A DNA stretch of 64,000 nt. Source: a virus. Under the pieces are notes generated by a model. That model was given only the letters and a program-made list of their open reading frames with translations. It had not been told where the DNA came from and did no database searches. The DNA is taken from the IMG/VR virus record IMGVR_UViG_3300023278_002686, positions 1-64,000 of that record. The stretch is one strand, 5' to 3'. A program made the position numbers and the translations under genes. The stretch's first letter is position 1. Every line of letters begins with the position of its first letter. Shown one piece after another: positions 6,986 to 17,225 of this stretch.

Positions 6986-7927
6986 TTACCAAAAAACTGT
7001 TTTTTGAAATAATCCTAATTTTTTTAAAAAATAATCGGATATAAATATTTTATTTTTTAAAGCTAATTTAATTTCTTCTATACTTCCATCTCCAGGATCT
7101 TTTCCTTTAATAAAGGTTAAATAGAAATCATGCTCTAAATATTTATCTAAAGTTTTAGCCATTTTATAGCCAGCTTTGTCATCATCTATAAATAATATAA
7201 CATTTTTAAATTCATTTATCAATTTAATTTGATTAGAATTTATATTACTACCAAATGTAGACGTAACATTCTTGGTTATATATCTCCAGATCAAAGGTAC
7301 ATCAAATATACCCTCACAAATTATAAGTGATTTATTTCTATCTAAATTATCTACATTAAATAAAGTAGAAACATAACTTCTCTTTGGATATAATACTTTT
7401 GGTACTGCATTAGTATATGATTTTCCTTCATATGATACTAATTTGTTATTTTCATATATAGGAATTATAAGTCTTTTATAAAATTTAGTTTCATTTATTT
7501 TGCAATTTTTCGCTAAAGAAATTTTAAAAAATTCTATTAATACATTACTAAAATTTCTTTTTAGTAAATAATCATAAGCTTCAAGATCAGTTCGTACATC
7601 AGATAAAAAACCTTCTATTATAAAAGTCTTTTTTTTATTTAATAAATTTTGTTCTAATATTTTTCTTTTCTTATCTTTTTCTTTATTATAATATATATTA
7701 ATATCTTCTTTGTAATCTTGTCCTAATAAATATTTATAAAGTCTTTTAAGAGGTCCTTTTTCTCCACAACTAAAACATACAAAAGTTTCTGTCTGTTTAT
7801 ATATTGCAAACGAAGGTTTATTTTCCATATGATAAGGACAACAACATGTATAATAATGTCCTCTATCTATTAAATTAAGATATGGTTTTATTTCAATAAT
7901 AATATCAGTCAACGTGTAAATCTCCAA
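6986..7927 (-). CDS. DNA primase (CHC2 zinc finger + TOPRIM)
   Basis: CPYH.E.KPSF, CFSCG, CEGIFD, DDDKAG, KDP. Confidence 0.88.
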   Translation of the reverse strand: MEIYTLTDIIIEIKPYLNLIDRGHYYTCCCPYHMENKPSFAIYKQTETFVCFSCGEKGPLKRLYKYLLGQDYKEDINIYYNKEKDKKRKILEQNLLNKKKTFIIEGFLSDVRTDLEAYDYLLKRNFSNVLIEFFKISLAKNCKINETKFYKRLIIPIYENNKLVSYEGKSYTNAVPKVLYPKRSYVSTLFNVDNLDRNKSLIICEGIFDVPLIWRYITKNVTSTFGSNINSNQIKLINEFKNVILFIDDDKAGYKMAKTLDKYLEHDFYLTFIKGKDPGDGSIEEIKLALKNKIFISDYFLKKLGLFQKTVFW

Positions 7928-8273
7928 AATGATATATTTTATGTGGCTTATTATATTTCTTACAATAGCTTATTACGGACTGTGTTCCTTTAGATACTCT
8001 ATTCCAAAATATAAAAATAAAATCTGCTTCTTTTACAATTATTTCATTTCTTACTATGGGAGCATAGTAAGAAGGATACAAACTATAATTAGGTTCAATA
8101 ATTCTTGTTGGAATATTGTTTTCTTTTGCATATCTTTCAGCTAAAGTATCAGCACCAATAGCTCCACCTGATATAATTTCTTTTACTTTTATAGCATATA
8201 AAGATATATCTAAAAAAGCCTTCATATTTGGATAATTATCAAATTCTCTTGATCCTACGATAGCTATTTTCAT
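7905..8273 (-). CDS. SLOG-family (YspA/DUF2493-like) nucleotide-binding protein
   Basis: IVGSR, SGGA.GAD, RN..IV, SKGT; start taken at MKIAI after SD. Confidence 0.8.
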   Translation of the reverse strand: MKIAIVGSREFDNYPNMKAFLDISLYAIKVKEIISGGAIGADTLAERYAKENNIPTRIIEPNYSLYPSYYAPIVRNEIIVKEADFIFIFWNRVSKGTQSVISYCKKYNKPHKIYHFGDLHVD

Positions 8274-8320
8274 ATTACAACTCCTCATTAATATAATATA
8301 TAATTTTATTAAATCATCAA

Positions 8321-8617
8321 TTAAATTTTAGAATAAGTTCCTTCTTTACATTTTTTTAAGAAAGTACATACTTTTAATTTTTTTATCTTATCTAATTTAG
8401 GATAATCTAAATATACAAAGAATGCTGTTCTATCGAAATGATACTTAACACCAATCACTTTAAATTTACGATTAAAAATATCTTCTATATAATAAGAATA
8501 TACTTTTATTCCATTAATTTCTAATATTCTTTCTTTTCGATAGTCAATTTTATATTTATATCTTTTTTCAATTCTTTCATATTCTTCTTTAGTTATAATA
8601 AAATCTTTTTTAGTCAT
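8321..8617 (-). CDS. hypothetical protein
   Basis: ORF in operon context. Confidence 0.55.
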   Translation of the reverse strand: MTKKDFIITKEEYERIEKRYKYKIDYRKERILEINGIKVYSYYIEDIFNRKFKVIGVKYHFDRTAFFVYLDYPKLDKIKKLKVCTFLKKCKEGTYSKI

Positions 8618-8825
8618 TAAGTTTTAAAAACCATTCTCCTTTAGTGATATCGAAATCCCAGCCTTTTTTGTATAAATCTTGTTTTATGGTAAATGGCATC
8701 GTATGATAGGCTACCACTGAACTCACTACTAATTCTTTAGTAGTAGCATCTACAATAAATTTAGAGCTTGAATCATACTTACTTATTACCATTAGTGAGT
8801 GACCCAAATCTTTCGCTAATTTCAT
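8610..8825 (-). CDS. hypothetical protein
   Basis: ORF in operon context. Confidence 0.55.
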   Translation of the reverse strand: MKLAKDLGHSLMVISKYDSSSKFIVDATTKELVVSSVVAYHTMPFTIKQDLYKKGWDFDITKGEWFLKLND

Positions 8826-8854
8826 AATGTGATTATGTCCTTTTTATTATATAG

Positions 8855-9931
8855 TTATATTGGTATTCTAGTTAATTTTTTTTGTTTATTTTTATCAAAG
8901 TATTTAAATAATTCCCACATAAATAAATTCTTATCGAAACTCCAATTAGGAACGTTCATATAGGCTTCATAAAGAGATTCGAGAGTTTTATGACTTGAGA
9001 ATATTTGAGCATTTTTTTCTTTCCAAGGTTGATCTACAGTTCTACTTATTTTATATATTATAGCATCAGATAATAATTTTCGAGTATAATTATAAAACAT
9101 TACAATATCTTTATTTTGGTTTATTTCAAATAATACTTTAGAATCAATACTTAATAATCTATTTATTAAACTATAAATTTTATCTTCAGAATAAATTCCA
9201 AATTCATCTAATATTTCATCTTCATTGTATATCTCACCTTTTACACAACGTTCTAAATATTGTAATGCTTTTCGTAAACTACCTTCTGAATTTTCGGCAA
9301 TAGCTAACATTCCTTTTGAATAAAAACTTTCTGGAATTTCTTCATTAATTTTTTTTAAAACTCTTATTAAATAAATTCCAATATCTTGTGCATCTAATGG
9401 CTTAAATTTATATACCTGTCCACGATCTAATATCGCTTTATGAATTTTTGATTGATCCATCGTACATAATATAAAATATACATCTTTTCTTTTTTTCTCA
9501 AGGAGTTTTAAAGTAGCTCCTTTTGCTGCAGATGATGCAAGATTTTGAGCTTCATCAATTATGATAATTTTCTTTTTATCAAATAAAGGAGACATTTCAA
9601 CACGTTCTTTTAATTTTTCAACTTCAGGTTTTCCCATTGAAGAACCATCATAAAATAGTATATCACGATTAAACTTCTCATTTAATATAGATTTACAAGA
9701 TAAGCACTCTCCACAAGGTTTTATTTCATTTTCAGCTCTTAATGGATCTGTACAATTTAAAATTCCAGCAACAATACATGCTAACGTAGTTTTACCGGTT
9801 CCTGTTTCTCCAGAAAATATCATAACTTCTGGAAAATCATAATCTAAACTTCTTTTTTTAAATTCTTTTAATATTTTTTTATGCCCCATCATCTCTATTA
9901 ATTTAAAGGGTCTATATTCTAAGCTATACAT
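8855..9931 (-). CDS. dnaX: clamp loader AAA+ ATPase (Pol III gamma/tau-like)
   Basis: YRP, GETGTGKTT, PCGECLSC, IIDEAQ, GSLRKA. Confidence 0.88.
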   Translation of the reverse strand: MYSLEYRPFKLIEMMGHKKILKEFKKRSLDYDFPEVMIFSGETGTGKTTLACIVAGILNCTDPLRAENEIKPCGECLSCKSILNEKFNRDILFYDGSSMGKPEVEKLKERVEMSPLFDKKKIIIIDEAQNLASSAAKGATLKLLEKKRKDVYFILCTMDQSKIHKAILDRGQVYKFKPLDAQDIGIYLIRVLKKINEEIPESFYSKGMLAIAENSEGSLRKALQYLERCVKGEIYNEDEILDEFGIYSEDKIYSLINRLLSIDSKVLFEINQNKDIVMFYNYTRKLLSDAIIYKISRTVDQPWKEKNAQIFSSHKTLESLYEAYMNVPNWSFDKNLFMWELFKYFDKNKQKKLTRIPI

Positions 9932-9937
9932 ATTTAT

Positions 9938-10348
9938 TTAAATCTCCTTTTTAAAAATATATTTTTTATCAGTATCACTAGTATAAATAGGCTCTAAATA
10001 AAATAGAGAGTCTACAGATTTTGTTATAGGTTCTATAGATGGAAAAGATATATTTTCAATATATTCTTTAATTTTTTCTTTAAAATTTTTTTTGAAATAA
10101 ATATAATTTAATAAATATTTTTTGGCTTTATTATACCCATAATTAATAATCAAAACCTTTCTTAAATAATGTTTTGATGCTTTCCAAATATAATCTAAAT
10201 CTACTAAATCTTCTATAGTATATTTAATATTCTTTAGTTCTATAATATCTTTTTCAAAATGATTATATACTGAATCCATACATATCATTCTTACTTTTAA
10301 GTATTTAGAAATTTTCTTATTAAATTCAATAAATTTTTCTCTAGTCAT
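9938..10348 (-). CDS. hypothetical protein
   Basis: ORF in operon context. Confidence 0.55.
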   Translation of the reverse strand: MTREKFIEFNKKISKYLKVRMICMDSVYNHFEKDIIELKNIKYTIEDLVDLDYIWKASKHYLRKVLIINYGYNKAKKYLLNYIYFKKNFKEKIKEYIENISFPSIEPITKSVDSLFYLEPIYTSDTDKKYIFKKEI

Positions 10349-10448
10349 TATTTAAGTCTCTCCCAAATTCGTTTATAAAAATAATTAGTATGTGTATGAC
10401 GTATTCTTCTAGAACAACAATCACAATAAGTTGGAATTGTAGACATAT

Positions 10449-11816
10449 TTAACTCTCCTTATTATTAATATATTTATAAAAATTATAATTGTCAGAATCA
10501 AATAAATATTTTAGCGTTGCTAACGATCCTTGATTTTGTTTCAAGATTTGTACATCAGCTATATCTAACATAGTTTGCAACTCTTCTTGAATAGTTTCAT
10601 CTTCAGAATATTGAAAGAATTTAGTTGCATAATATTTAGCTCTAAATAAGGATAAGATTACTCTAGATCGTTCTCCAATAGCACCACAATTTTTGATTTG
10701 TTTTAATGTAACTCTAAAACGGTCGAGGTCCTGAAGGTCTCTAGGTTTTTGTCCTTCTAATTCTCTATTAGCTTGAACTATAGCAACAAAATGAATATTA
10801 TGTCTTTTTACTATTCTATTTAATTCATTAACTTTCTTTTCCATGTAGATGGCATCGCCACTAGCATCAGTAAACATTGTATAAAGATCGGCAAAGAAAA
10901 TAAGATAATCTGATTTAAACTTTCTTTTAGCTTCTTTTACAATATAATCTATATCAGATATTTTTTGATCAGGATCTTCTATAAAAAAGAATTTATCTAG
11001 TTTAGATAGGACAGTTCTTTGTCTGTCAATTAGTTCAAAAATATTTTCTGAAATATTTCCTTCTTTGTCAGGAAATAAATTTTTCATAGGAATTCTATTT
11101 CTCATAGCAATAAGACGATCCATTGTAGATATACCATCCATTTCTAATGAATCATATATACAAGGTATTTGTCTATTAATACACTTATTTACAAGATTAA
11201 GAGTATATGCTGATTTTCCACATCCTGTTGCTCCATAAATAGTTGTGATTATTCCAGGAGTAGCTCCTCCATTAATATATCCGTCTAGATATGGATCTCC
11301 AAATGAATGTTGAAGAGTACCATTGGCTCTTTTATACATAATAGATTTATGTTTATCCATCCAATTTTCTAACGATATCATTATATTTTCTTTACCTTCT
11401 ATTAAGGTAAGATTTTCTTCTAAAGAAATAATCAGATTTTTTATTTTATCTATGTCTAATTCACCTTTTTTAGTAGTTTCTTTTAAAGTATCTTCTAATA
11501 AACATTGACTTATATTATGTTTTGCATAATCTTTTTTTAATCGTTTTAAATAATAAGGAAATTGTCCATATTCATAAGTCACAGAATAAAGAGTCTCAAT
11601 AGTTATTTCATTTATTAAAGAATTTATTTTATTTCCTTCACTTAATAAATGGTCTTTTGAAATAGAAATTCCGTTATTTTGAAGAATTTTTATTGTTTCA
11701 AATAAATCTTTTCCTAATTGAGATATATAATAATTTTGATCAAACTTATATATATTTTCTGGATACTCTACTAAATATTTTAAACTCAATTGTTCATTTT
11801 TTGCAATTGATAACAT
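10449..11816 (-). CDS. DnaB-like replicative helicase
   Basis: GATGCGKS, SLEM, QANR, KQNQG. Confidence 0.85.
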   Translation of the reverse strand: MLSIAKNEQLSLKYLVEYPENIYKFDQNYYISQLGKDLFETIKILQNNGISISKDHLLSEGNKINSLINEITIETLYSVTYEYGQFPYYLKRLKKDYAKHNISQCLLEDTLKETTKKGELDIDKIKNLIISLEENLTLIEGKENIMISLENWMDKHKSIMYKRANGTLQHSFGDPYLDGYINGGATPGIITTIYGATGCGKSAYTLNLVNKCINRQIPCIYDSLEMDGISTMDRLIAMRNRIPMKNLFPDKEGNISENIFELIDRQRTVLSKLDKFFFIEDPDQKISDIDYIVKEAKRKFKSDYLIFFADLYTMFTDASGDAIYMEKKVNELNRIVKRHNIHFVAIVQANRELEGQKPRDLQDLDRFRVTLKQIKNCGAIGERSRVILSLFRAKYYATKFFQYSEDETIQEELQTMLDIADVQILKQNQGSLATLKYLFDSDNYNFYKYINNKES

Positions 11817-11828
11817 TAATACCTCACT

Positions 11829-12539
11829 TTATAAATTTAAAGAATCTAAGTTCACTACTCCTTTTCTTTCCTTATATATACTATCAGAAAATAACATAGG
11901 ATTATTTATATTTCTTAATATTAAATTCTTTATACTTTTAGTATATACATTATCATCAATATTGTCAACTGAAATATTACTTGTAAAACATGTTGACTTT
12001 CTTAAATTCTCTAATCTCTCTCTTAAAAAAGAATCTAAAAAAGGAATTTGATATCCTGACTTATAGACAGTTACTTTCATAGGATCGAAACAATCATCTA
12101 TAATAAGAAAATCACAATTTAATATTCTATTATATTTATCTATTATATCTGGATCCTTATCAAAATCAGCTTCACATATAGTTTTAATAAGCTTGTTCAT
12201 AAGAATAAATTGAACTTTAAATCCTTGCTTTAATAATTCTCTACCTACATAAGAAGCTATTGTAGTCTTCTGTGTACCGTTCTCACTAGACCATAAATAT
12301 AAATGATAATTTGTAAATTTATTCGAATAATTTTGAATAAATTTACTCAACTTAAGTATATTTTGATTATAATCATTTCCCTGGTAAGTATTTATGTTAT
12401 AATCTAATAAATGTAAAGGTAAATTAGCTTGTTTAAACTTTCGTTTAAACTCTATTTCTTTTTGTTTTTCTTTATGTTTTTCAGTTGAAATGACATACAC
12501 CTCACCGTTTGAATCTCTTTTAAATTCTATATTACTCAT
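11829..12539 (-). CDS. DnaC/IstB-like helicase loader ATPase
   Basis: variant Walker A NGTQKTT, LIIDD, TSN; adjacent to helicase. Confidence 0.7.
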   Translation of the reverse strand: MSNIEFKRDSNGEVYVISTEKHKEKQKEIEFKRKFKQANLPLHLLDYNINTYQGNDYNQNILKLSKFIQNYSNKFTNYHLYLWSSENGTQKTTIASYVGRELLKQGFKVQFILMNKLIKTICEADFDKDPDIIDKYNRILNCDFLIIDDCFDPMKVTVYKSGYQIPFLDSFLRERLENLRKSTCFTSNISVDNIDDNVYTKSIKNLILRNINNPMLFSDSIYKERKGVVNLDSLNL

Positions 12540-12540
12540 A

Positions 12541-12732
12541 TTAATTTACACAACAACTATTTATTTTATCAGAATCTTGATCAAATTCATGATATTTATA
12601 ATTTCCTACAGAAGGATCAAAATATATGTGATTAAATCCATTTCCTTCATCATCAATAGAGGTAATTAGTTCTAAATCTCCATGTTCTTTTTTAATTTCT
12701 ATTAAATTTTTAATCATTTCACTTATTTTCAT
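12541..12732 (-). CDS. conserved phage hypothetical protein
   Basis: DDEGNGF motif. Confidence 0.65.
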   Translation of the reverse strand: MKISEMIKNLIEIKKEHGDLELITSIDDEGNGFNHIYFDPSVGNYKYHEFDQDSDKINSCCVN

Positions 12733-12733
12733 A

Positions 12734-13081
12734 TTATTCTCCTATCATTTTATTTAATTCTTCTTCAATATTATCATATAGAAATTTTTCTATATCACTT
12801 TCTTCATTATCAACTATTTGACCTATTGATCTTAATAATTGAGGATCTGCTTTAAATATAAGATCTATTACAGCTTCTTTACCTTCTTTTTTAATAACAT
12901 CATTAATATGATTGATTTTTATTTCTCCAAAATAAGGAACTTGAGTTGATTTATCTTCAAGAAAATCCATTATTATAATAATAAAGAAATATTTTAGAAA
13001 AATCTTTGTTTCTTTTAAAGATCCTCCAGTCATTAACTGTAATTTTTTTAAAGTATTTTTAGCGCCATCTACCAACTCCAT
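12734..13081 (-). CDS. hypothetical protein, weak HU/IHF-like
   Basis: helical N-terminus followed by VPYFGEIKI. Confidence 0.35.
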   Translation of the reverse strand: MELVDGAKNTLKKLQLMTGGSLKETKIFLKYFFIIIIMDFLEDKSTQVPYFGEIKINHINDVIKKEGKEAVIDLIFKADPQLLRSIGQIVDNEESDIEKFLYDNIEEELNKMIGE

Positions 13082-13571
13082 AAACGTTATCTCCTTTAAT
13101 AATATATTTATCTATAAATTCTCTTACACAACCTTCTCCACCATTCTTTTTTAAATTGATAACTTTTTTATTTTTTCTAACTTCAAGCACTGCATTATTA
13201 GGACATGCTGCAATTCCAACATTCTGCATACATTTTAAATCATTTACATCGTCTCCAATATATGCAATATTCTTTGATTTAAATTGATCTAATATATGTT
13301 TTTTTAGAAATTTCCATTTATTATGGATGTCATAAAATGCAGATATTCCTAAATCTTCAGCTCTTTTACAAGTTATTCCATTGTCGTTATCACCTGTTAA
13401 AAATATAGTTTGAATTCCATATTTTTCTTTTATAATATTTAAACCATTAGCATCATGCGTATTAAACGATTTAAACATCTTACCTTCTTTTGAATAATTC
13501 ATTTTTCCATCAGTAAGAGTTCCATCTACATCACAGATTAATAATTTAATGTCTACTTTTTTCCTAAACAT
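13059..13571 (-). CDS. kdsC: KdsC-like HAD phosphatase (KDO-8-P / nonulosonate-9-P type)
   Basis: DVDGTLTDG, YIGDDVND, GGEGCVRE. Confidence 0.88.
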   Translation of the reverse strand: MFRKKVDIKLLICDVDGTLTDGKMNYSKEGKMFKSFNTHDANGLNIIKEKYGIQTIFLTGDNDNGITCKRAEDLGISAFYDIHNKWKFLKKHILDQFKSKNIAYIGDDVNDLKCMQNVGIAACPNNAVLEVRKNKKVINLKKNGGEGCVREFIDKYIIKGDNVYGVGRWR

Positions 13572-13588
13572 TAGTTCTCCTTATTAAT

Positions 13589-13617
13589 ATAATATATAAT
13601 TTTATGATAATAGTCAA
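13589..13617 (-). promoter_or_regulatory. sigma70-type promoter
   Basis: TTGACT-N17-TATTAT. Confidence 0.55.
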
Positions 13618-13619
13618 TT

Positions 13620-14396
13620 TTATATCTTATGAGAAAAATGTTTTTTATAAATTAATTCACATATTTCCCAATCTAATTCGGTGTCTATTTCAAAATTAGT
13701 CCATTCAGGCATGAAGTAAGGAAGAATAGGCTCTGTTAATCTACATTTATCTTTTTTAATATTTCCAATAGTATTGATATAAAAAGAACCATTCTCTATA
13801 AACACTTGACCTCTTCCTATTACAATTTCTTGTCTTCTTTTTCTATTTTTATAATCATAATTAATAGGAAGAAAACTTTCGTTATTACCCCAATAAAATC
13901 TTTTTGTTCTAGATAAAGATATTAAAGATTTGAATAAATCATTTTTAGAATACTCTTTAAATTCAGCAGTGGCTTGTATTAAATTATCGGCTGTTAGAAA
14001 AGGATTTGTAACTTGAATTAAATAAAATAAATCTTCTTCGTTAAGGAAATATCGTTTAGGTCTCATATTATGACTATCTTGTGGCATATAATATGTATTA
14101 ATATAGTCTAACATAACATCTTCTGTTGAAGAATCATCTTTAGCTAATTCTAAATCTCTTATATGAAAACTTATTGTTTTAGATACTTTAATGTCCTCAT
14201 TAGATCTAAATGTTTCGACGATATCTATAATTTCTATAGATTCTGTAGATATTATAATATGATCAAATATTTTAGACTTAATACATGTGTCTAAACATCG
14301 TTCTAATAAAGAGTCTCCACCACAAAATGGTTTAATATTCTTATTAGGTATTCCTTTGCTTCCACCTCGTACTGGTATAAATGCGGTTCTATTCAT
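13620..14396 (-). CDS. neuA: acylneuraminate cytidylyltransferase (CMP-sialic acid synthetase family)
   Basis: IPVRGGSKGIPNKN, QVTNPF, ENGSFY, EIDTELD. Confidence 0.88.
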   Translation of the reverse strand: MNRTAFIPVRGGSKGIPNKNIKPFCGGDSLLERCLDTCIKSKIFDHIIISTESIEIIDIVETFRSNEDIKVSKTISFHIRDLELAKDDSSTEDVMLDYINTYYMPQDSHNMRPKRYFLNEEDLFYLIQVTNPFLTADNLIQATAEFKEYSKNDLFKSLISLSRTKRFYWGNNESFLPINYDYKNRKRRQEIVIGRGQVFIENGSFYINTIGNIKKDKCRLTEPILPYFMPEWTNFEIDTELDWEICELIYKKHFSHKI

Positions 14397-14493
14397 TTAT
14401 TGTTTCCTTTATTATTTGATTTATAATAACAATAGGTATTATAATAATAAATATAAATACTGTTATTGTTGCTATTATTTCATGAGTATTCAT

Positions 14494-14718
14494 TTAGTTT
14501 ATGTCTCCATTTTTTCGTTCTCTTAATGGGTAATATCCAACAAAATCTTGACTCATTTTTGATTCATCTTTGTTTACAATAACTTCTGTTACAAAATGAT
14601 TTATTGAAGCACATATAGATAGTGCTTTTTTCTCACTATCAAACACACCTTCAAATTCCCAATTCTTATATTCTATATCATTCTTTATTTTTCCAACTAA
14701 CCAAAGTCTTTTACTCAT
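14494..14718 (-). CDS. conserved phage hypothetical protein
   Basis: WEFEGVFDSE.KA motif. Confidence 0.65.
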   Translation of the reverse strand: MSKRLWLVGKIKNDIEYKNWEFEGVFDSEKKALSICASINHFVTEVIVNKDESKMSQDFVGYYPLRERKNGDIN

Positions 14719-15199
14719 TTTCTATCCTCTAATTTCTTTATTATTCATCTAAATCTAAAACTCCTTTCTCATTAAAAATCATATCATCAAAATGACGATA
14801 AACTAATTCTATTAATTTTTTAAAATCTGGATTTCTATAATCTTTATTTTTTATAAAAATTGCAAGATCCTTTAAATTATATAATTTATTATTTAGTTTA
14901 ATCCAAGGATTCATTTAATCTTCCTTTTTTAACATTTCTTTATATTCTTCTTTTTTATTACAAAAATGCCAAAACAATTCTAATATATAATTTAAACCTT
15001 TGGATTCTAAAATCCGTTTTGGTACTTCGTTTAAAAAACCATCCCAATATGTAGGCATATTTATTTCTCCCTATTTGGTTGTATATATCCTCTTTCTATA
15101 GCACAATCTCTACATATTTTACGTACTTCAGAATAATAGTGCCAATGATGTTTTTCTTGTTGACAATGATCACATATAAAATTCATATTCATCTCTCTA

Positions 15200-15376
15200 C
15201 TAGTTATAAGACATCTTATATAAACTATCATTATCCCATTGTCTTCTAGCACCTTCTTTAGTATCTATAAAACAAGTTTTAATCTTACATACATCACAAA
15301 AACATCTATACCATCCATTATCCTCTAATATTTGAGGTTCATGTTCGCATTTTTCTAAAATTTTGGATTCTTTCAT
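15200..15376 (-). CDS. small zinc-ribbon protein (58 aa, not in ORF track), probably leaderless
   Basis: MKESKNLEKCEHEP...CDVC...ARRQW; ATG 7 nt after a TATTAT -10 box. Confidence 0.5.
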   Translation of the reverse strand: MKESKILEKCEHEPQILEDNGWYRCFCDVCKIKTCFIDTKEGARRQWDNDSLYKMSYN

Positions 15377-15383
15377 ATTAACT

Positions 15384-15411
15384 ATAATATATAAAAATTT
15401 AAAATTGTCAA
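15384..15411 (-). promoter_or_regulatory. sigma70-type promoter
   Basis: TTGACA-N16-TATTAT. Confidence 0.55.
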
Positions 15412-17225
15412 CTTTCTATTGATAAAAGTTCACCTTTAAATAATTTTTCTAAATCTTCATTATCAAATTCATTTATTTTAAATAAATTTTGATTAATCAT
15501 GTCTTTAACTTCTAAATTATGATCTAATCTCATATCTAAAGTATCAAGTCCAACTAATATATATACTAATACACTTCTAGTTTGTCCGTATCTATGAGTA
15601 CGCTTCATTGATTGAAGAACACGTTCTAAATTCCAAGGTCTTGTAAAATAAATATTATATCTACATTGAGTTATATTAACAGCAACAGATAATACATTAG
15701 GAGAAGCAATTAACATTTTACAATCTGAGTGTTTAAATTCTTCAACTATTTCATGCTTATATTCATTTCTATCTCTATTTCCATATACACCTCCATGTAA
15801 CTTTAAAGGCTTATACGTTTTATAATATTCTGCTAATTCATCTATTGTTTTAGGATGATAATCCCAAATAATTACTTTCTCATTTTCTTCATCTATAATT
15901 CGATGTATTAAAGAATCAGAAACTTCTAATTTAGAATGATCTTTAAATTTCCATTTACTTAAAAGATTGGTTAATTTAGGAGTTATAACTTTATCCTTTA
16001 AAAGAGATGGATTATCTACGGCTTGATTTATATAAGGAAACTTTTGAACCACTTGCTTAACAAATTTATTACCTGTTCCTTTTTCTTCTTTAACAACATG
16101 TAAAGTATCTAAAGCAAATTGAGAATATAATTTTCGATGTTTAGGATTTAATTCGAAATATATTTTCTTTTGAATTAGATCTGGTAATTCAATACAATCT
16201 TTTGAAAATCTTCTACTTACTAAATGTTTAATTGATGCTATAAACTCTTGAACATTTTCAGGAATATATTCACAAATAGCGTCTTTACTATATTTATTTC
16301 CTAATTTAGCTATAGTTCCTAACCAATTTCTATAATTATATATTAATAATCCCTCATCAAGAAAATCTATTTGATTATATAAACCTTCAATTCCTCTAGG
16401 ATCTGGAGTTCCAGTTAATAAATATCGATATTTAAAAAAGTGTTTATGAAGATTTAAAATCTTAGATTGTCTTGCACTTGGATTTTTTATATAATGAGCT
16501 TCATCACATACTATACATATATTTTTACTCCATTCATTTAATTGTAAAGGAGGTTTTCTATATTTTTTTCCAGACTTCTTATTAACTCTCTTATATTCAT
16601 TATCACTAAACATAAGAAATGATCTATATGTCATTATATTTATTCGATGTTGTTTTTGGAATGGTTCTCTATTACGAGCTGACGCTATATAAATTTCTTC
16701 TTCTTTTAAATCAAAAGAATTAAATTGTAATAATTCTCTTTTCCAATTAAATAATCCTTCACTAGGACATAGAATTAAAATCTTATCTACTTTTTTATTG
16801 AAGATTTTATGATTAAGAACATTAATAGTTATATATGTTTTACCTAATCCCATTTCTAAATAAAAAGCATATCTATTAGATGAAATTCCCTTAACAATTT
16901 CTTCAACTTGAAAGTTTTGATTAGGCTCTTTTCCTTTTAAAGGAGGAGCTTTAAATAAACTACGAATAATTATACTATCATCTTTTATTAATTCAGATGG
17001 AATATGTATTCGGTTTAAAATATCTCTATGAATTTCAAAAGATTCATGATATTTAGCATTATCTATAAAATATCTAAATGGTTTATCTTTTCCAGTCCAA
17101 TATTTATGATTTTTATTAAAAGATAAACCACTTGATTCTGCTAAACGATAAAGTTCTTCCCAATTATCACCAGAGAATTGAACACCAATCTTATTTGTTT
17201 TTTCTAAAATAAAAAATCGTATCAT
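15408..17225 (-). CDS. SNF2-family SF2 helicase
   Basis: EMGLGKT, DEAH, LTGTP, QSMKRTHRYGQ. Confidence 0.88.
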   Translation of the reverse strand: MIRFFILEKTNKIGVQFSGDNWEELYRLAESSGLSFNKNHKYWTGKDKPFRYFIDNAKYHESFEIHRDILNRIHIPSELIKDDSIIIRSLFKAPPLKGKEPNQNFQVEEIVKGISSNRYAFYLEMGLGKTYITINVLNHKIFNKKVDKILILCPSEGLFNWKRELLQFNSFDLKEEEIYIASARNREPFQKQHRINIMTYRSFLMFSDNEYKRVNKKSGKKYRKPPLQLNEWSKNICIVCDEAHYIKNPSARQSKILNLHKHFFKYRYLLTGTPDPRGIEGLYNQIDFLDEGLLIYNYRNWLGTIAKLGNKYSKDAICEYIPENVQEFIASIKHLVSRRFSKDCIELPDLIQKKIYFELNPKHRKLYSQFALDTLHVVKEEKGTGNKFVKQVVQKFPYINQAVDNPSLLKDKVITPKLTNLLSKWKFKDHSKLEVSDSLIHRIIDEENEKVIIWDYHPKTIDELAEYYKTYKPLKLHGGVYGNRDRNEYKHEIVEEFKHSDCKMLIASPNVLSVAVNITQCRYNIYFTRPWNLERVLQSMKRTHRYGQTRSVLVYILVGLDTLDMRLDHNLEVKDMINQNLFKINEFDNEDLEKLFKGELLSIES

